A stretch of DNA of 64,000 nucleotides from positions 448,001 to 512,000 of the forward strand of contig CAVVUN010000015.1 of assembly GCA_963751455.1 (NCBI GenBank), in the 5' to 3' direction. How positions within the stretch are numbered: position 1 is the first letter of the stretch; the number at the start of each line of letters is the position of its first letter. Position numbers and translations under genes: made by a program. Below, piece after piece: positions 61,213 to 64,000 of this stretch. The notes under the pieces were generated by a model. It was not told where the DNA came from and did no database searches. It was given only the letters and a program-made list of their open reading frames with translations. The DNA comes from Nitrospirota bacterium. GTDB taxonomy: Bacteria; Nitrospirota; UBA9217.

Positions 61213-62150
61213 GAGGCCGACCTCCGCCAGGCGAAAATTTTTTTCAGCTTCTGAAAGTCACCGACAATGCCGTTCGGGAGGAAAATGATGATTACGATGA
61301 GCAGAACGCCGAACAGGGTCTGGTGCGCAGTGCCCAGCTTGGGGATCGACCGTATCAATTCGGCGAGAAACACCATGATGACCGCACCGACGACAGGTCC
61401 CCAGTATGTTGCCACTCCGCCTACCATGACGACCATGATGGCGACGATCGATATGTCATGGAGGGCAAAAACAACCTTCGGATCAATGTACCCCATGTAA
61501 TTGGTGTAAAAAACGCCGGCGAACCCTGTCAGCACGCCGCTCACCACGAGCGCGATGGTTTTATAAAAGGTGGTGTTGATCCCGAGCGACTCAGCTGCGT
61601 CCTGGTCCTCGCGTATGGCGACGAAATAATATCCGAGTTTCGATTCAATCACTGTCTTGACCGTCAGAAAAGAGCCGGCAGCAAGGGCGAGGATAATGTA
61701 ATAGAACCAGGTTTTTTCAACCCAGCTCCGTTCCCTGATCATGATCCCCAGGTCTCCGCCGGTGATTTTTGTCAGGTTTTCAGTTACAATTCTCATGATC
61801 ACACCGATCGCCAGCGTAGCAAGGGCGAAAAAAGGCCCCCGAAGCCTGAGGCATATGTACCCGAGAGCCAGGGCAAAGACGCCAACCACGAGTACGCTCA
61901 GCGGCATGCCCCACCATGCCGATACTCCGGTTTTGCTGTAGAGCATTCCGGCAGTATAGGCGCCCACGCCGAAAAACGCCGCGTGGCCGAAGGAGACTTG
62001 GCCGCAATAGCCGCTTAAAAGGTTCCATGCCATCCCGATCACGGACCACATGATCACGAGAATCAGGATATGCATGGCGTAGGAGCTCAGACCGACGAGC
62101 GGCAATATCGCGAGTACAGCAAGAGCTATGAGCGGAAGAAATTTATTCAT
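61209..62150 (-). CDS. livM: Branched-chain amino acid ABC permease LivM
   Basis: [30 protein letters not shown]. Confidence 0.92.
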   Translation of the reverse strand: MNKFLPLIALAVLAILPLVGLSSYAMHILILVIMWSVIGMAWNLLSGYCGQVSFGHAAFFGVGAYTAGMLYSKTGVSAWWGMPLSVLVVGVFALALGYICLRLRGPFFALATLAIGVIMRIVTENLTKITGGDLGIMIRERSWVEKTWFYYIILALAAGSFLTVKTVIESKLGYYFVAIREDQDAAESLGINTTFYKTIALVVSGVLTGFAGVFYTNYMGYIDPKVVFALHDISIVAIMVVMVGGVATYWGPVVGAVIMVFLAELIRSIPKLGTAHQTLFGVLLIVIIIFLPNGIVGDFQKLKKIFAWRRSAS

Positions 62151-62234
62151 AGTGCCGAAAAATTCATTATTTCCAGGAACGCTGGAATAAAGTTGTTTTT
62201 ATCCGTGTTCATCCGTGGTTAATAAATTTATGTT

Positions 62235-63164
62235 TCATTTTCCGAATTTTCTGGTTTTCAACAGCGACGCGACCCCGCCCGGCAAGAAGACGAGCGCCGC
62301 GACGAAGATTACGAATCTCCCCACAGGCGCCCAGCCCATGCCGATGTAAGTTGCGGTAAGGGATTCGAACAGCCCGAGAATAACGCCCCCGATAATGGCG
62401 CCTACCGTGGAGCCGAGGCCTCCGAGAATTGTTATCACAAAAGCGATCAGCGTGAATTGTCCGCCTATGTCCGGATAAATATAATAAATCGGAATAAAGA
62501 GACAGCCAGCGGCGCCGACCAGGGACGACCCGAGCCCGAACGTGATGACCCTCATTCTTCCGACATTTACGCCCATGAGAAGGGCGGCGTCCTGGTCCTG
62601 GGCCGTCGCGCGGATGGATTTACCCATATCCGTTTTTGTCAGAAAAAACCAGAGAGCAATCGTGATGGAAACGGCGAACGTGAACGATACGGACCAGGGC
62701 AGGGACAGCGAGAGCTCAATCGGCGAACCTTTCCAGATGTCCCCCAGATACCAGGCCTTTGTCGAATAGTCCACTGGGGTTTGCCGGTAATCGGATGTGA
62801 AGATGATGGTTGCGATGTTCGCCAGGACCATGCCGATGCCCACGGTCAGAATCACCTGGTTTTCGGGAAGGATGGAATCAACCTTGAGCACGGGATTGAT
62901 CAGATATTTTTGAATCGCGATGCCCAGGACGAATAATGCCGGCATGGCGATAAAGACCGAAAGGTAGGGATCGATGTGGAACTGCGCAAAAAGAACATAG
63001 GCAATGTACATGGCGACCATCATGAGCTCGCCATGAGCGAGATTGATGATCTTCATCACTCCCATGATGATCGTCATGCCGATGCCTATCAGGGCATAAA
63101 GCCCTCCCAGCATGATTCCGGATATCAGTGTCTGCAGAAGGACTTCAAGCTGCACAGAAGTCAT
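62235..63164 (-). CDS. livH: Branched-chain amino acid ABC permease LivH
   Basis: GGLYALIGIG, INLAHGE, GKSIRA, LGGLGS. Confidence 0.92.
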   Translation of the reverse strand: MTSVQLEVLLQTLISGIMLGGLYALIGIGMTIIMGVMKIINLAHGELMMVAMYIAYVLFAQFHIDPYLSVFIAMPALFVLGIAIQKYLINPVLKVDSILPENQVILTVGIGMVLANIATIIFTSDYRQTPVDYSTKAWYLGDIWKGSPIELSLSLPWSVSFTFAVSITIALWFFLTKTDMGKSIRATAQDQDAALLMGVNVGRMRVITFGLGSSLVGAAGCLFIPIYYIYPDIGGQFTLIAFVITILGGLGSTVGAIIGGVILGLFESLTATYIGMGWAPVGRFVIFVAALVFLPGGVASLLKTRKFGK

Positions 63165-63218
63165 AAAAAACCTTTAGTTCGAAATGCGGATTGCGGATGT
63201 AGGATTAGAAAAAATTTC

Positions 63219-63386
63219 GTAACTATTCAGCTTCTTTTCAGAACAGCATTAAGACAAATCAAGGAAAAAGCCCTTCTATCCGCAGATTTCGCAGATTGAC
63301 GCAGATTCTAAAACCAAAATTCTGGTTTTGTTTTTATCTGCGAAATCTGCGTAATCTGCGGATAAAAAAATGACCTGAGTAGTTAC
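63219..63386. mobile_element. 168-bp MITE with 12-bp TIRs and an 8-bp target-site duplication
   Basis: GTAACTATTCAG...CTGAGTAGTTAC flanked on both sides by AAAATTTC (63211-63218 and 63387-63394). Confidence 0.88.
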
Positions 63387-63429
63387 AAAATTTCAATCTG
63401 CATTCCGAAACCCGCAATCAGAAATTAAA

Positions 63430-64000
63430 TTACTTCCTGTCTCTCCATGAGGGTACCGGATAGACGTAATTTGCGCTGGCATGCTGTTTCGGCCAGATCG
63501 TCTCAAATTTGCCCTTGATCACCTGAATGGCCAGAGTGTCGACGAAGTTCTGGTTCTGATAATTTTCCTTATCCTCGAACTTGACAGGCCCGAAAGCCGT
63601 CTTCAAGTTCGTCGCCTTCAACGCGTCGCGAATCCCGTCCTGGTTCCAGGTCTTGGCTCTTTCGAGCGAGTCCTTCAGCGTAAACATGGCTGAATACGCA
63701 GATGCGCCGTGATAGGAAGGATAATCGCCGTGTTTTGATTTATATTTTTCCGCAAACTCCTTTGCCCCGGGATATTTGACCTGCGGCGTCCAGAGGGTCG
63801 CGCTGATCACATATTCTGCTGCATCCTTGGCGCCGTCGATGAATTCCGGTATGGCAAACCCGGCAGCGCCTCCGGCAAAGAGCTTCGCGTCAATGCGCAG
63901 TTCCTTGAGCTGCTTCATCAGGAGCTGCGCCTCATTCGCATAGGATACGGTGTAGACAACATCAGGCTGCGCTGACCTGACATTCCCGAGGATCGGTCTA
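63430..64000 (-). CDS. LivK-like substrate-binding protein (3' part; runs off window end)
   Basis: Open frame to the window edge; ..PDVVYTVSY..GPVKF..TIWP; operon context. Confidence 0.85.
   Translation of the reverse strand, partial: RPILGNVRSAQPDVVYTVSYANEAQLLMKQLKELRIDAKLFAGGAAGFAIPEFIDGAKDAAEYVISATLWTPQVKYPGAKEFAEKYKSKHGDYPSYHGASAYSAMFTLKDSLERAKTWNQDGIRDALKATNLKTAFGPVKFEDKENYQNQNFVDTLAIQVIKGKFETIWPKQHASANYVYPVPSWRDRK

Overview
Chromosomal window from a moderately GC-rich bacterium. Gene content suggests Nitrospirota or Desulfobacterota, but that is inference. It holds two housekeeping clusters: ffh-rpsP-rimM-trmD-rplS-rnhB-yraN-(cNMP protein)-rimO-S1, and TPR-lolB-like-ispE-spoVG-tRNA-Gln-prs-rplY-pth-ychF. 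Also present are a ~10 kb defence island (13.57-23.26 kb: gene relics, DUF3800, a DUF3553 fusion, and a type I R-M system with an Abi_C-type gene inside), signalling genes, pckG, polX and a liv-type ABC operon. Five conserved genes carry apparent indel frameshifts that are most likely assembly errors. Most notable observations: (1) a promoter-to-terminator ~60-nt three-hairpin RNA convergent on the DUF3800 gene; (2) a split ORF that reads as one exported haem-c/triple-rhodanese selenoprotein with an in-frame UGA and a SECIS-like hairpin; (3) a ~390-nt highly structured non-coding insert ahead of tRNA-Gln; (4) an in-frame hsdM::S1 chimeric relic at the island edge; (5) several families of 7-/9-nt-period palindromic intergenic repeats and two MITEs. 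All family calls come from recognising motifs by eye; no searches were run.
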